Of a stretch of DNA of 41,432 nt, positions 1-9,900 are shown in pieces. The notes under the pieces are model-generated. The model had not been told where the DNA came from. It saw only the letters and a program-made list of their open reading frames with translations, and made no database searches. The translations under genes and the position numbers were made by a program. The stretch covers positions 1-41,432 of the forward strand of contig JBEKLV010000003.1 in the NCBI GenBank assembly GCA_050008835.1, read 5' to 3'. The DNA comes from Bacteroidota bacterium. Its GTDB lineage: Bacteria; Bacteroidota; Ignavibacteria; UBA10030. Position 1 is the stretch's first letter; each line of letters starts with the position of its first letter.

Positions 1-819
1 TTCGTGTCAAAATACAAGAAGGCATCAAAGGGTCTGGGCGCATATGATGATTATGCCGCAAAGGGGAATCCGGAGAACACGGTGTTCGGAATATCGGGCA
101 TAGCAGGACATTTCGACCAGTATCTGGCAGCACTCGTAAACACATACGCATCGAGCTACTATTCTTATTTCATGTCCGACCTTGCAAGCACCAATGTGGA
201 TGCTGTGGGAAAGACTGTGCAGAAAAGACTGATGATGTACACTCCACTTTACTATCTCATCGATAATAGTACATATTATAGCGGCGGAGGCAGGGGTGGC
301 AGCGACGTTGCACCCTACTGGCGAATACGTACCGGCATAGATCAGAGCGACGCTCCGCTCAATACCGAAATGGACATCGCTCTTGCTCTTCAGAACTACA
401 GCGGCGTGAAGAGCGTTGACTTTGAGACTATATGGGGACAGGGACACACACAGGCCGAAGACAGCGGAAATGCAAACACTAACTTCATTGCATGGGTAAA
501 GAAGTGCGTGGCTGCGGCAACAACCGGCGTACAGCAGGTATCGGCAGCAGTTCCATCATCTTTTCAATTATCTCAAAACTATCCTAACCCGTTCAACCCA
601 ACAACAACGATTTCTTTTGAATTGCCGAAAGAGAGCTTTGTAAATTTAGAAGTATTCAACATGCTTGGAGAGCATATTGCAACACTCGTTCGGGAACGGC
701 GGAGTGCTGGGCGGTATTCAGTAACATTCAATGCCACGTCTCTTTCCAGTGGAGTTTATTTTTGCAAAATGACAGCTGATAATTTTACAGCAATAAAAAA
801 AGTGGTTTTGATGAAATAA
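1..819 (+). CDS. 5'-truncated secreted alpha/beta hydrolase, subtype-B tannase-like, with C-terminal T9SS sorting domain
   Basis: Frame is open from base 1. WRIRTGIDQSD...VDFETIWGQGH resembles the Asp/His end of subtype-B tannase-like hydrolases. Ends FQLSQNYPNPFNP...SSGVYFCKM...KKVVLMK*. Confidence 0.65.
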   Translation, partial: FVSKYKKASKGLGAYDDYAAKGNPENTVFGISGIAGHFDQYLAALVNTYASSYYSYFMSDLASTNVDAVGKTVQKRLMMYTPLYYLIDNSTYYSGGGRGGSDVAPYWRIRTGIDQSDAPLNTEMDIALALQNYSGVKSVDFETIWGQGHTQAEDSGNANTNFIAWVKKCVAAATTGVQQVSAAVPSSFQLSQNYPNPFNPTTTISFELPKESFVNLEVFNMLGEHIATLVRERRSAGRYSVTFNATSLSSGVYFCKMTADNFTAIKKVVLMK

Positions 820-842
820 GGAATCATCTTAGTAGAGTAATA

Positions 843-908
843 GGCACAGGGTAGAACACGTTTCTTTTCTGGTGGAAGAAAGCAATGTGGTTTACCTTAC
901 CCTGTGCC
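843..908. repeat. Long inverted repeat/hairpin after the hydrolase gene (possible terminator or mRNA stabiliser)
   Basis: GGCACAGGGTA (843-853) and TACCCTGTGCC (898-908) form a perfect 11-bp inverted repeat. Inner TTTCTTTT/GGAAGAAA can also pair. Confidence 0.55.
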
Positions 909-929
909 AATAATTTTAAAATGTATAGT

Positions 930-1038
930 TAGGAAGTTACTGGCGGAGATTTGCGTTACTTGGCATCGGATAATCAAATACAAACAAGCAATCAATCCCC
1001 TCCTTCTTGAGTTGCTTGTTTATCCGCCATACTTCCTA
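930..1038. other. Nested inverted repeats, candidate structured RNA element
   Basis: TAGGAAGT/ACTTCCTA (930-937/1031-1038), TGGCGGA/TCCGCCA (941-947/1023-1029), and inner AAACAAGCAA-TCAA/TTGA-G-TTGCTTGTTT (982-1021). Confidence 0.4.
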
Positions 1039-1198
1039 TATGATGTAACGTGTAATCTAAGTTTCTACAACAAACGATGACACACAATGTTATTGGTCAG
1101 CGATTTTCCAATCTCAATTAAATAACCTTCTGTACAATTTCGTATATTATCATTGCAATTGCACAATTCTGAATCAGAGTTAAATATTTTAAAATGAG

Positions 1199-1855
1199 AT
1201 GGATTATCATAAACCGCGAGTAAAAATCTGTTGTATCAGCAGCATTGAAGAAGCACAAACAGCAATTCGCTTTGGCGCATCGGCGATCGGCTTAGTATCC
1301 GAAATGCCAAGTGGCCCGGGCGTGATTTCGGAAAAACTCATAGGAGAGATTGCACGTAATGTTCCAGCCGGTATAGACACCTTTCTTCTTACCTGTAAGC
1401 AAAATCCGGAAGCTGTTATCGCGCAGCAGCAAAAAACATTTGTCAATACAATTCAATTAGTAGACACCTTTTCACTCTCTGGCTACGCAATACTTCGGCA
1501 GGCGTTGTCAGGTATTCGTATTGTTCAGGTAATTCATGTAAGCGGAGATAAATCAATACAAGAGGCCGCTGCAATTGCTCCACATGTAGATGCAATCCTT
1601 TTAGATTCTGGCAATCCTTTGCTGGCGACTAAAGAACTTGGAGGTACCGGTCGCACACATGATTGGTCTGTAAGCAGGCGTATTTGCGAAGATGTTCATA
1701 TTCCGATTTACCTTGCCGGTGGATTAAAACCAGAAAATGTGCATGAAGCGGTCGAGCAAGTTCATCCTTATGCTCTCGATGTATGCAGCGGTGTTCGTAC
1801 CAATGGCCATCTCGATACGCAAAAGCTCGCTGCTTTTTTCTCAAACATTAAATGA
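1199..1855 (+). CDS. trpF: Phosphoribosylanthranilate isomerase
   Basis: VKICCI, LLDSG, GGTGRTHDW, LAGGLKPENV and DVCSGV motifs; 218 aa. Confidence 0.9.
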   Translation: MDYHKPRVKICCISSIEEAQTAIRFGASAIGLVSEMPSGPGVISEKLIGEIARNVPAGIDTFLLTCKQNPEAVIAQQQKTFVNTIQLVDTFSLSGYAILRQALSGIRIVQVIHVSGDKSIQEAAAIAPHVDAILLDSGNPLLATKELGGTGRTHDWSVSRRICEDVHIPIYLAGGLKPENVHEAVEQVHPYALDVCSGVRTNGHLDTQKLAAFFSNIK

Positions 1856-1862
1856 AAACATT

Positions 1863-3536
1863 ATGAGTGACAACAAAATCATTTTTTCTATGATCGGCGT
1901 CGGTAAAGTTGTTAAACCTAATCGCCAGATTCTTAAAGATATCTACCTTTCGTTTTTTTATGGTGCTAAAATTGGTGTACTGGGTTTAAACGGTGCCGGC
2001 AAAAGCACGCTCCTGCGCATCATTGCTGGAATCGATAAGGACTATCTTGGAAAGATAACCGCGCAAAAAGGAATTACATTTGGTTTTCTTTCACAAGAGC
2101 CGAAACTTGATCCAACAAAAACCGTGAAAGACATCGTCGAAGAAGGCGTTCAGGAAATAGTAAATCTTGTAAAAGAGTACGAAGCTGTAAATCTTCAGCT
2201 TGCAGAACCGGATGCTGATTATGATACTTTACTGGAAAAACAAAGCAAGCTTCAAGAAAATATTGATCATCTCAATGCATGGGATTTGGACAGCAAACTG
2301 GAACAAGCAATGGATGCATTACGCTGCCCACCGCCCGAAACACCTGTAAATATTCTTTCCGGTGGCGAACGCCGCCGTGTTGCACTTTGCCGACTGTTAT
2401 TGCAGGAACCGGATGTATTGTTGCTCGACGAACCAACTAACCACCTTGACGCTGAATCTGTTGCATGGTTGGAACATCATTTGGGTTTGTACAAAGGAAC
2501 TGTTATCGCGGTTACACACGATCGCTACTTCCTAGATAATGTAGCAGGATGGATATTAGAACTCGATCGCGGTGAAGGTATTCCCTTTGAAGGAAACTAC
2601 TCTTCATGGCTAGATCAAAAGAAACGCCGGTTGGAAGTGGAAGAGAAGCAGGAATCCAAGCGTCAGCGAGTTCTGCAGCGCGAATTAGATTGGGTACGGT
2701 TGAATCCGAAAGGTCGCCATGCCAAGAGCAAAGCACGCATTACGTCTTACGAAAAGATGTTCGCTGAACAAACCGATAGACATGATGAAGAAATGGAAAT
2801 TTATATTCCACCTGGCCCACGCTTGGGCAATATAGTTATCGAAGCGCAAGATGTATCGAAAGCATTTGGCGAGAGGTTACTGTTTGAAAACATGGAATTT
2901 GCTCTTCCACCCGGCGGCATTATTGGCGTCATTGGTCCGAACGGTGCCGGCAAGACTACGCTTTTCAAACTTATTACCAGCCAGGAAAAGTCGGACAGCG
3001 GCAATATCAAGATTGGTGATACAGTAAAGCTTGCTTACGTTGATCAAATGCGACCGCTCGATCCCGATAAAACGATCTGGCAGGAAATCTCTGGTGGAGA
3101 AGATCTTATCATGCTCGGTAACCGTGAGGTGAATTCGCGTGGCTATGTGGCACGATTCAATTTCAGCGGCACCGATCAACAAAAACTTGTCGGAAAACTC
3201 TCAGGTGGAGAACGTAATCGCGTACATCTTGCTAAAGTGCTTAAGGAAGGGGCAAACGTGCTTTTGCTTGACGAACCAACTAACGATCTTGATGTGAACA
3301 CATTACGTGCATTGGAAGAAGCGCTTGGTGATTTCGCCGGATGTGCTGTAATTATTTCGCACGACCGCTGGTTCCTCGATCGTGTAGCAACACACATTCT
3401 CGCATTTGAAGGTGATAGCAGTGTAGTATGGTTTGACGGAAATTATTCTGAGTATGAAGAGTACCGTAAAAAACAACTCGGTATAGCCGCCGACCAGCCG
3501 CACAGGATTAAATACAAGAGATTATTGAGAAACTGA
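1863..3536 (+). CDS. ettA: Energy-dependent translational throttle protein EttA (ABC-F)
   Basis: Two ABC domains (GLNGAGKST, GPNGAGKTT, LSGGE, LLDEPTN) plus EttA-typical SFFYGAKIGVLG and QPHRIKYK. Start taken at ATG 1863 (MSDNK), just after trpF. Confidence 0.95.
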   Translation: MSDNKIIFSMIGVGKVVKPNRQILKDIYLSFFYGAKIGVLGLNGAGKSTLLRIIAGIDKDYLGKITAQKGITFGFLSQEPKLDPTKTVKDIVEEGVQEIVNLVKEYEAVNLQLAEPDADYDTLLEKQSKLQENIDHLNAWDLDSKLEQAMDALRCPPPETPVNILSGGERRRVALCRLLLQEPDVLLLDEPTNHLDAESVAWLEHHLGLYKGTVIAVTHDRYFLDNVAGWILELDRGEGIPFEGNYSSWLDQKKRRLEVEEKQESKRQRVLQRELDWVRLNPKGRHAKSKARITSYEKMFAEQTDRHDEEMEIYIPPGPRLGNIVIEAQDVSKAFGERLLFENMEFALPPGGIIGVIGPNGAGKTTLFKLITSQEKSDSGNIKIGDTVKLAYVDQMRPLDPDKTIWQEISGGEDLIMLGNREVNSRGYVARFNFSGTDQQKLVGKLSGGERNRVHLAKVLKEGANVLLLDEPTNDLDVNTLRALEEALGDFAGCAVIISHDRWFLDRVATHILAFEGDSSVVWFDGNYSEYEEYRKKQLGIAADQPHRIKYKRLLRN

Positions 3537-3552
3537 GAACTATTCCGCTTGA

Positions 3553-4836
3553 TTATGAACGCTCGCGAAACGGTGTATAATGAGACAACGTTGGCCCTGT
3601 ATAAATCTGACGCGGTCGATAAATACGGCCATCCTTTACTTCATGGATTTCCTTAAAGTTGGCAATCCATCCCGGCATACGCCCGATGGCAAACATAACG
3701 GTATACATACTCAGTGGAATTCCTATTGCCCGCATAATAATACCGCTATAGAAATCAACATTAGGATATAATTTTCGTTCAATAAAATAGGGATCACTGA
3801 GTGCAGTTTCTTCCAAATGTTTGGCAATGTTGAGCAGTGGATCGTTTCTTTTTAATACAGCCAATAACTCGTCACATTTCTTTTTAATAATTCGTGCACG
3901 TGGATCGTAATTCTTATATACCCGGTGACCAAATCCCATCAAACGTTTTCCAGATGTTTTGTCTTTTGCAGCTTTAATAAATCTCGATCCATCGTCACCT
4001 GATTTATGAATATCCTCAAGCATTTCGAGAACAGCTTGATTCGCACCACCATGGAGATGCCCCCAGAGTGCGCATACACCGGCTGCTGCACTTGCAAATA
4101 AGTTTGCTCGACTTGATGCTACCATCCGTACAGTTGAAGTAGAGCAATTCTGCTCGTGATCAGCATGTAATAGAAAAATAAGATCAAGTGCATTCACAAC
4201 TTCTGGTTGCAGTTCATAATCTACATATGGTTCAGAGAACATCATATGTAAAAAGTTTGCGGTATATTTATAAATAGGTTTTGGATAAATAATGGGTAGT
4301 CCCAAAGATTTTCGATAAGAAAATGCAGCGATAGTTCGTACTTGAGAAATAAGACGAGCAGCCTGCGTCAGAAAAACCTCGTCGGGATTTAATACCTCGG
4401 GAAGAAAACAACCTGCAGCATTAATCATGGACGAAAGGATCGCCATCGGATGAGCATGTGTAGGAAATCCCTCGAACTGAAATTTCATGTCCTCATGAAG
4501 CATCTCATTTTTTGTGAGAAGGTTGGAGAATGTTTTCATCTCCTGCGAATTTGGCAGCTTTCCATAGATGAGCAGGTATGCTGTCTCCACAAATGTTGAC
4601 TTTTCTGCCAGTTCTTCGATAGGAATGCCGCGATAGCGGAGAATTCCTTTTTCGCCGTCAATGAAGGTGATATTGCTAATGCATGATCCGGTGTTTCCAT
4701 ATCCTTCGTCAAGAGTAATGTACCCGGTCTTACTTCGAAGTGATGAGATATCAAGAGATTGTTCACCCTCCGAGCCCACAACAATCGGAAATTCGTATAC
4801 CCTGTTATCCAATTCGAGTTTTGCAGTTTTACCCAT
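3553..4836 (-). CDS. gltA: Citrate synthase
   Basis: [42 protein letters not shown]. Confidence 0.96.
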   Translation of the reverse strand: MGKTAKLELDNRVYEFPIVVGSEGEQSLDISSLRSKTGYITLDEGYGNTGSCISNITFIDGEKGILRYRGIPIEELAEKSTFVETAYLLIYGKLPNSQEMKTFSNLLTKNEMLHEDMKFQFEGFPTHAHPMAILSSMINAAGCFLPEVLNPDEVFLTQAARLISQVRTIAAFSYRKSLGLPIIYPKPIYKYTANFLHMMFSEPYVDYELQPEVVNALDLIFLLHADHEQNCSTSTVRMVASSRANLFASAAAGVCALWGHLHGGANQAVLEMLEDIHKSGDDGSRFIKAAKDKTSGKRLMGFGHRVYKNYDPRARIIKKKCDELLAVLKRNDPLLNIAKHLEETALSDPYFIERKLYPNVDFYSGIIMRAIGIPLSMYTVMFAIGRMPGWIANFKEIHEVKDGRIYRPRQIYTGPTLSHYTPFRERS

Positions 4837-4845
4837 ACCAATTCC

Positions 4846-5244
4846 TCACTTCTCTAATTTCACCAACACACCTTCTAAAAATTCTTTTACCTCTGACATT
4901 TCTTTCCTAATTTCTTCATCTTGAATTTTTTTCTTTTGTGGAATATTGAGAAGTTCTAGTTGCTCTCCGCTATCCGGCTCCGGCGTAAATTCTTTCATCA
5001 CCTGCTTGGCACCTTCGATTGTGTACTTTTCATCCCGCAACAATTGCTTGATGTGCATGATAAGCTTAATGTCTTTGTTTGTGTAAATGCGGTTGCCTGC
5101 GCGATTCTTAGCTGGCTTCAGTTCAGGAAATTCAGTTTCCCAGTAGCGCAAAACATATTGCTCTAATCCTGTAATCCTGCTGACTTCGCTAATAGAATAG
5201 TAAAGTTTTTTGATGCTAGTATTCTTCATTGGCGCCTCATTCAT
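4846..5244 (-). CDS. MerR-family HTH transcriptional regulator
   Basis: YSISEVS...VLRYWETEF..LKP.KNRAGNRIYT. Start at ATG 5244 or 5229; 9 nt upstream of gltA. Confidence 0.85.
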   Translation of the reverse strand: MNEAPMKNTSIKKLYYSISEVSRITGLEQYVLRYWETEFPELKPAKNRAGNRIYTNKDIKLIMHIKQLLRDEKYTIEGAKQVMKEFTPEPDSGEQLELLNIPQKKKIQDEEIRKEMSEVKEFLEGVLVKLEK

Positions 5245-5360
5245 AGATAGTTTGATCGATAGAAAAGTAGTAAATGTTGCACTGATTTGCAATCTTGAAA
5301 CCCTACAGAAGTCATCTTGAAACTAAACTGAGGAAACTTTCGAAATGTTCTCATTTCTGC

Positions 5361-6245
5361 TTACGCAGGCAATTCCGTATGAACATAACGGTGAAAGTTT
5401 TTTGGAAACTTTTTCCGTAATTGCAGAACCATCGCTACTAGAATCTTTAGCGGTGACGATAAGCGAATACGTTTGGAAAAAACATCATATTGTGCGCGCT
5501 CAATCCTGAGTAGAAGTAAATAATATATATTCCCCATTGTACGAGCAGCAGTAAAAAGCGGTTTGTCTTCTTCAGAAAGGCATGCCTTAGCGCGGCGAAA
5601 ATATTCATGGGTACGTTTACATTCGAACTTCATTAGTTCGACAAATCGTTCGTTGTATGTAAAGCTCAACAAATCATCTTCAGAATAATTGAACTTTTGC
5701 AAATCTTCTGACGGCAAATAAATGCGTCCGCGTTTAGCGTCAGATTTAATATCTCTCAATATATTTGTCAATTGTAAGGCAACGCCGAGGTTGATGGCAT
5801 ATTGCTTTGTCTTTTCATTAGTATAACCGAATACTTCTGCGCAAATCAATCCTACCGTGGAAGCAGCGCGATAGCAATATTGTTCTAATTCAGAAAATGT
5901 AGTGTAGCGCTTATTTAGCAAATCCATTTCCATTCCCTTAATCAACTCATAAAAAAGTTCAATAGGAATATGAAAGCGTTTGATAATAGCAGAAAGTTTG
6001 TTTAATAGTGAATAATGCGATATTCCGTAGAGCGAGCGCCGCAACTCTTCTGTCCATTGCAAGAGCAGCGCATACTTTTCTTTCTCGTCTCCGGCCTCAT
6101 CTACAATGTCATCGGTGAAGCGGCAAAAGGCGTAAATGGTTTCAATGGCGTCGCGTTTCGGGCGCGGCAAAATAAGAAATGAGTAATAGAAACTGCTCTT
6201 CCGATTCTGCGAGAAATCCGGTATGATCGATGTTGCTGTTTGCAT
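5361..6245 (-). CDS. hpnD: Presqualene diphosphate synthase HpnD (squalene/phytoene synthase family)
   Basis: SSFYYSF, YAFCRFTDDIVDE, LQLTNILRDIKSDAKRGRIYLP; follows an hpnC-like gene. Confidence 0.8.
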   Translation of the reverse strand: MQTATSIIPDFSQNRKSSFYYSFLILPRPKRDAIETIYAFCRFTDDIVDEAGDEKEKYALLLQWTEELRRSLYGISHYSLLNKLSAIIKRFHIPIELFYELIKGMEMDLLNKRYTTFSELEQYCYRAASTVGLICAEVFGYTNEKTKQYAINLGVALQLTNILRDIKSDAKRGRIYLPSEDLQKFNYSEDDLLSFTYNERFVELMKFECKRTHEYFRRAKACLSEEDKPLFTAARTMGNIYYLLLLRIERAQYDVFSKRIRLSSPLKILVAMVLQLRKKFPKNFHRYVHTELPA

Positions 6246-6254
6246 GCTTGTAAG

Positions 6255-7157
6255 TTACAATAAAAATGAACGAAAGAGAAGTCCCAGCTTGTCCAACTTC
6301 GAAAGTGCCGGGCGTTTCGTCAGCACGTCATAATTCTGCTCATGAATCTTTTGTAAAATCCTTGTCCCGCCATTCCAGGTAAGTTTTAATTCCATCGACA
6401 GATCTCTGCCAACCATAGTCAAAAGTGGCTTTCCTTCTGCAAAAAGTTCCGCAGTGCGCCGTACTTGAAACGCCATCAAATCGCAAAAGCGATTATTAAC
6501 TTTTTGATTAAACAAATCCTGTTCGGAATAACCGAATTCTTCCAATTCTTCTAATGGAAGATAGACACGATCCTTCTGCAAGTCTATCGAAACATCCTGC
6601 CAAAAGTTCGTTAATTGCAAAGCTGTGCAGATTGAATCCGAAAACTGCATCATTGTTTCACTGCGATAATTAAGCAGTAGCAGGACTAATCTTCCGATTG
6701 GATTAGCTGAGTTGCGGCAGTACGCAAGCATATCTTCATACGTTTCGTAACGTTTAACTGTTATATCCGCTCGGAAGGCAGAAAGAAGATTCTGGAATAG
6801 TTCGATTGGAATTTGAAATCGTTCAACCGTTTCAGCAAGTGCAGCAAACACGCGATGCGTAGGATTGCCGTTATAGCATTCATCAAGGTACTGTTCCCAT
6901 TGATTCATGTTATCCATTCGTTCAGCGAGTGTAAAACCCGGTTCATCGGCATAATCATCTGCGATACGAGCGAATGCATAAATTGTCCAGACATATTTTC
7001 GTATTTCTTTTGGAAGAAAGCTGGAGGCAACAGGAAAATTTTCGTAGTGATTGCGAGCGATTGTCTCACAGTAACGGAATCCATCTTCCGCTGACCAGTA
7101 TTTGCCCTTGATATGAAGTTTTGGATTGTTCATTTTAAGAAGATTAGTGAAACGCAT
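6255..7157 (-). CDS. hpnC: Squalene synthesis protein HpnC
   Basis: HYENFPVAS, YAFARIADDYADE and LQLTNFWQD are HpnC-typical. Alternative start at ATG 7133. Confidence 0.85.
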   Translation of the reverse strand: MRFTNLLKMNNPKLHIKGKYWSAEDGFRYCETIARNHYENFPVASSFLPKEIRKYVWTIYAFARIADDYADEPGFTLAERMDNMNQWEQYLDECYNGNPTHRVFAALAETVERFQIPIELFQNLLSAFRADITVKRYETYEDMLAYCRNSANPIGRLVLLLLNYRSETMMQFSDSICTALQLTNFWQDVSIDLQKDRVYLPLEELEEFGYSEQDLFNQKVNNRFCDLMAFQVRRTAELFAEGKPLLTMVGRDLSMELKLTWNGGTRILQKIHEQNYDVLTKRPALSKLDKLGLLFRSFLL

Positions 7158-7205
7158 AGAGCGCCCACTTCTACTGAATCAATATGAAGAATGGCAGTGG
7201 AAAAA

Positions 7206-9167
7206 TCAAGCGTTTGATGGAACAACATCATCCACTGGAACTGTGTATACTTCAATTGGTGTATTAAGTCCTTTAACAAGAACAGGTTCATGTGGAAGAG
7301 TGGGAATTTCGTCTTTGATCAAATCATAAGTCCGGCGGGAAATCATAATACCCTCTACCGGTGCATTTGATTCAAGACGGTTAGCAAGATTGACATCGGA
7401 GCCAAGAACGGTGTATGCAAGTTTCTTCCGCGTACCCATATTTCCCACTACAACCTCGCCGGTGTTAATGCCGATACGAATTTTTAAGGGGAACAACCCT
7501 TCCTTAACCCATTTTTCTTTTAGCTCACGACATTTCTTCTGCATCTCGATACCAGCGTTCACACACCTGACGGCATGATCCGGTTGCGGTTCTGGGGCGC
7601 CAAAGAATACCATTAGCCCGTCGCCAATGTACTTATCGACGGTTCCTTCGTACTTAAAAACTATCTGTACCATTGCATCGAAATACTCAGCCAGGAAGTT
7701 TTGGATTTGATCCGGTGTCATCGTAGAAGAATAAGTTGTGAAACTCTTGATATCTGTAAACATAATTGTCAGTTCTTTTTTCTGAACTTCGAAAATCGAC
7801 TCAGGATGTGCAAGCTGACGTTTGACTACCGACGGCGGTAAATATGCCTCGAATGATCTTTGCGTTGCCTCCTTTTCTCGCTCCTCATTAATGAACCGAT
7901 ACACAAGAACAGCAAACACCGCCGTTGCAGTGATGAGAATAGGCCGCAGAAGATTAACGATGAGATTGCCATAAAGGAAAATGCTAATGGTGAAGATAAT
8001 ATATCCGACCAAAAGCGCAAGAGCACCAACCCATAATCCGCGGGAAGAAAATTTGATAGCAAACATAGCAACAATAAGTAGTAAAATAATTTCGATACCG
8101 ATTTTTTCCACCCCGCTGGCTTCTTTTAAGAAATTCTCGGTCAGGATTGTGTTCAGGACATTTGCATGTAATCCGCCAAGCGGGTACCATGTATCCGTTG
8201 GCACAGATTGAACATCCGACGCTCCGGTTGAGGCTTCGTTCACAACAACGATCTTGTCTTTGAACAATGGTTTCCAATCAAATTCCATCGCATCATGATC
8301 ATCGGAAACTTTGTAGACCTGATCCATTTTGTAATCCACCATCCGCCCCCAAGGGCCAACAAAGTTCACAATAAGATTACATCGTTCATCGACCGGAATG
8401 CTAATAGTGTGGGGCTGCTGTCCGGAGCGATACGCACCGATCAAGGTAATACTTTTTCCTGGGTGAAGGATGATCTGTTCCGGTTTCACATGCAGATAAT
8501 CACAAATTGTTCTGAAGGGGAAACTTGGATAGAATGCATCGTCATATCGGATCAAGAGAGGAGCGCGGCGGAAAATACCATCACGGTCTGCTTTTAAATT
8601 AAGATAACCCAAACCTCGAGTTGCAGATGCCATTTCCGGAAATGTAATAGTCGGAATCCCGCCCACATACATCTTGCTGGTATCCCCCTCAACCTGAACA
8701 TGCCATTTGGTTTTTGAAAGATATTCCCAATGTGATGCAGGGCGCAGTGGTTTTTGAAGAAGCGGTTTGTCTTGAAGATCAAGCGACATTCCATAATAAA
8801 CATTTCCAGCTGCTTGATGATTACAAGCTATAAAAAAAGAGTCTTCCGCTGCGATCAATGGCGCACGGAAAATATAGTCCCAGATTTGAGCAGCCACCTG
8901 CATTTCGCCAAGATTCCGGACAATCTGTCCATATTGACGACGGGTAATATAGGTTCCTTCCGATAACACATCTATACTTCTGTCTGTTTCGCTGACATGA
9001 ATAATAGTGCTGTCGTAGGGAATTCGGGAAGGAAAATATTGAGACCGGAGAACAAAAATTTGGTCGAATGCCTGCGTGTTCCATGTTTCAAACACGTTCG
9101 GCAGCAGCCAAAAAAGGAGATGTCCAAACAAGAGAGAGGACACGATGATGATCATCGTGTCCCTCAA
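7206..9167 (-). CDS. CHASE2-domain membrane class III adenylyl cyclase
   Basis: N-terminal TM, CHASE2 motifs (NLKADRDGIFRRAPL, GGLHANVLNTIL) and three TMs. Cyclase motifs MFTDIKSFT, DKYIGDGLM, GINTGEVVVGNMG, YTVLGSDVNLANRLE; Lys/Thr fit ATP specificity. Start uncertain (TTG 9167 or ATG 9155); the track start at 9266 overlaps the upstream gene. Confidence 0.88.
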   Translation of the reverse strand: MRDTMIIIVSSLLFGHLLFWLLPNVFETWNTQAFDQIFVLRSQYFPSRIPYDSTIIHVSETDRSIDVLSEGTYITRRQYGQIVRNLGEMQVAAQIWDYIFRAPLIAAEDSFFIACNHQAAGNVYYGMSLDLQDKPLLQKPLRPASHWEYLSKTKWHVQVEGDTSKMYVGGIPTITFPEMASATRGLGYLNLKADRDGIFRRAPLLIRYDDAFYPSFPFRTICDYLHVKPEQIILHPGKSITLIGAYRSGQQPHTISIPVDERCNLIVNFVGPWGRMVDYKMDQVYKVSDDHDAMEFDWKPLFKDKIVVVNEASTGASDVQSVPTDTWYPLGGLHANVLNTILTENFLKEASGVEKIGIEIILLLIVAMFAIKFSSRGLWVGALALLVGYIIFTISIFLYGNLIVNLLRPILITATAVFAVLVYRFINEEREKEATQRSFEAYLPPSVVKRQLAHPESIFEVQKKELTIMFTDIKSFTTYSSTMTPDQIQNFLAEYFDAMVQIVFKYEGTVDKYIGDGLMVFFGAPEPQPDHAVRCVNAGIEMQKKCRELKEKWVKEGLFPLKIRIGINTGEVVVGNMGTRKKLAYTVLGSDVNLANRLESNAPVEGIMISRRTYDLIKDEIPTLPHEPVLVKGLNTPIEVYTVPVDDVVPSNA

Positions 9168-9177
9168 TGTTCGTTTT

Positions 9178-9876
9178 TTACTGGTGGTCAATAGTAATGG
9201 TTTTGCTATAGAAGTTATTGGCGCTGATCTGCGTGGCAATTGTAGCGACATCCGGGCGTCGCGCACCTTCCACCTTCTCTGTTCCGCGTATGTTACCTCC
9301 TATGGTTAGCGGTTTCTCGGCAATTGTTGCATAGGTTGAGTAACGCTTCCTCACACTGCGAATTAGTGATACAATATCATCGGCCATGGACTGCCTCTTC
9401 GACGTATCGGCAGAAAAATAATTGCCAAGTTTTACTTCCAGATCAAGCAAACGTTCGGTAGAGGCGAGGAGGAAGAAAACTTCCTTACCCGTATTTTTAT
9501 CAAACGCCCTCCAACTGCGACCTTTGGGAACATAGTAATTTTTGTCGGCGGTGTAGTCGGCTTGAAACTGACGTACCTCATAAGGGAAGAGCAAATTTAT
9601 TTCACCCTTTGAATCCTGGTGAACAACATAAACAAAACAATCCTTTCTCAGCTTCACCATCATTTTTATTTCTTCTCCGCTTATCAGCGTGGTATCATGC
9701 GTGATGGAGACCATTGTCTTGCTTTTACCGATAAGAGCGCCAAATGCCCAATCAAATCCGATGTTTGCCTCGCTTTGTTGAACTATCGGATCGGCTGGCG
9801 CCTGTGATTGTTCGCCGGATCGAAATCCGACTGCGAAACAACCCAAAAAAACCACAAAAAGAATGAAGTAACGCAT
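9178..9876 (-). CDS. Secreted DUF4384-like protein
   Basis: Signal peptide (possible lipobox FLGC). DCFVYVVHQDSKGEINLLFP...GKEVFFLLAS matches the DUF4384 pattern. Confidence 0.72.
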   Translation of the reverse strand: MRYFILFVVFLGCFAVGFRSGEQSQAPADPIVQQSEANIGFDWAFGALIGKSKTMVSITHDTTLISGEEIKMMVKLRKDCFVYVVHQDSKGEINLLFPYEVRQFQADYTADKNYYVPKGRSWRAFDKNTGKEVFFLLASTERLLDLEVKLGNYFSADTSKRQSMADDIVSLIRSVRKRYSTYATIAEKPLTIGGNIRGTEKVEGARRPDVATIATQISANNFYSKTITIDHQ

Positions 9877-9900
9877 ACTTAGGATCCTTTCTTCATTTAT

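Noticed and set aside
1737-1862. N-terminal extension of EttA in the ORF track
   Set aside because: It overlaps trpF; the family-like sequence begins at MSDNK (1863).
5361-7157. Carotenoid crtB pair
   Set aside because: The HYENF and NFWQD motifs and the tandem order fit HpnC/HpnD, and no crtI is nearby.
9168-9266. Long cyclase N-terminus overlapping the DUF4384 gene
   Set aside because: An 89-nt same-strand overlap is unlikely; starts at 9167 or 9155 lead straight into the first TM.
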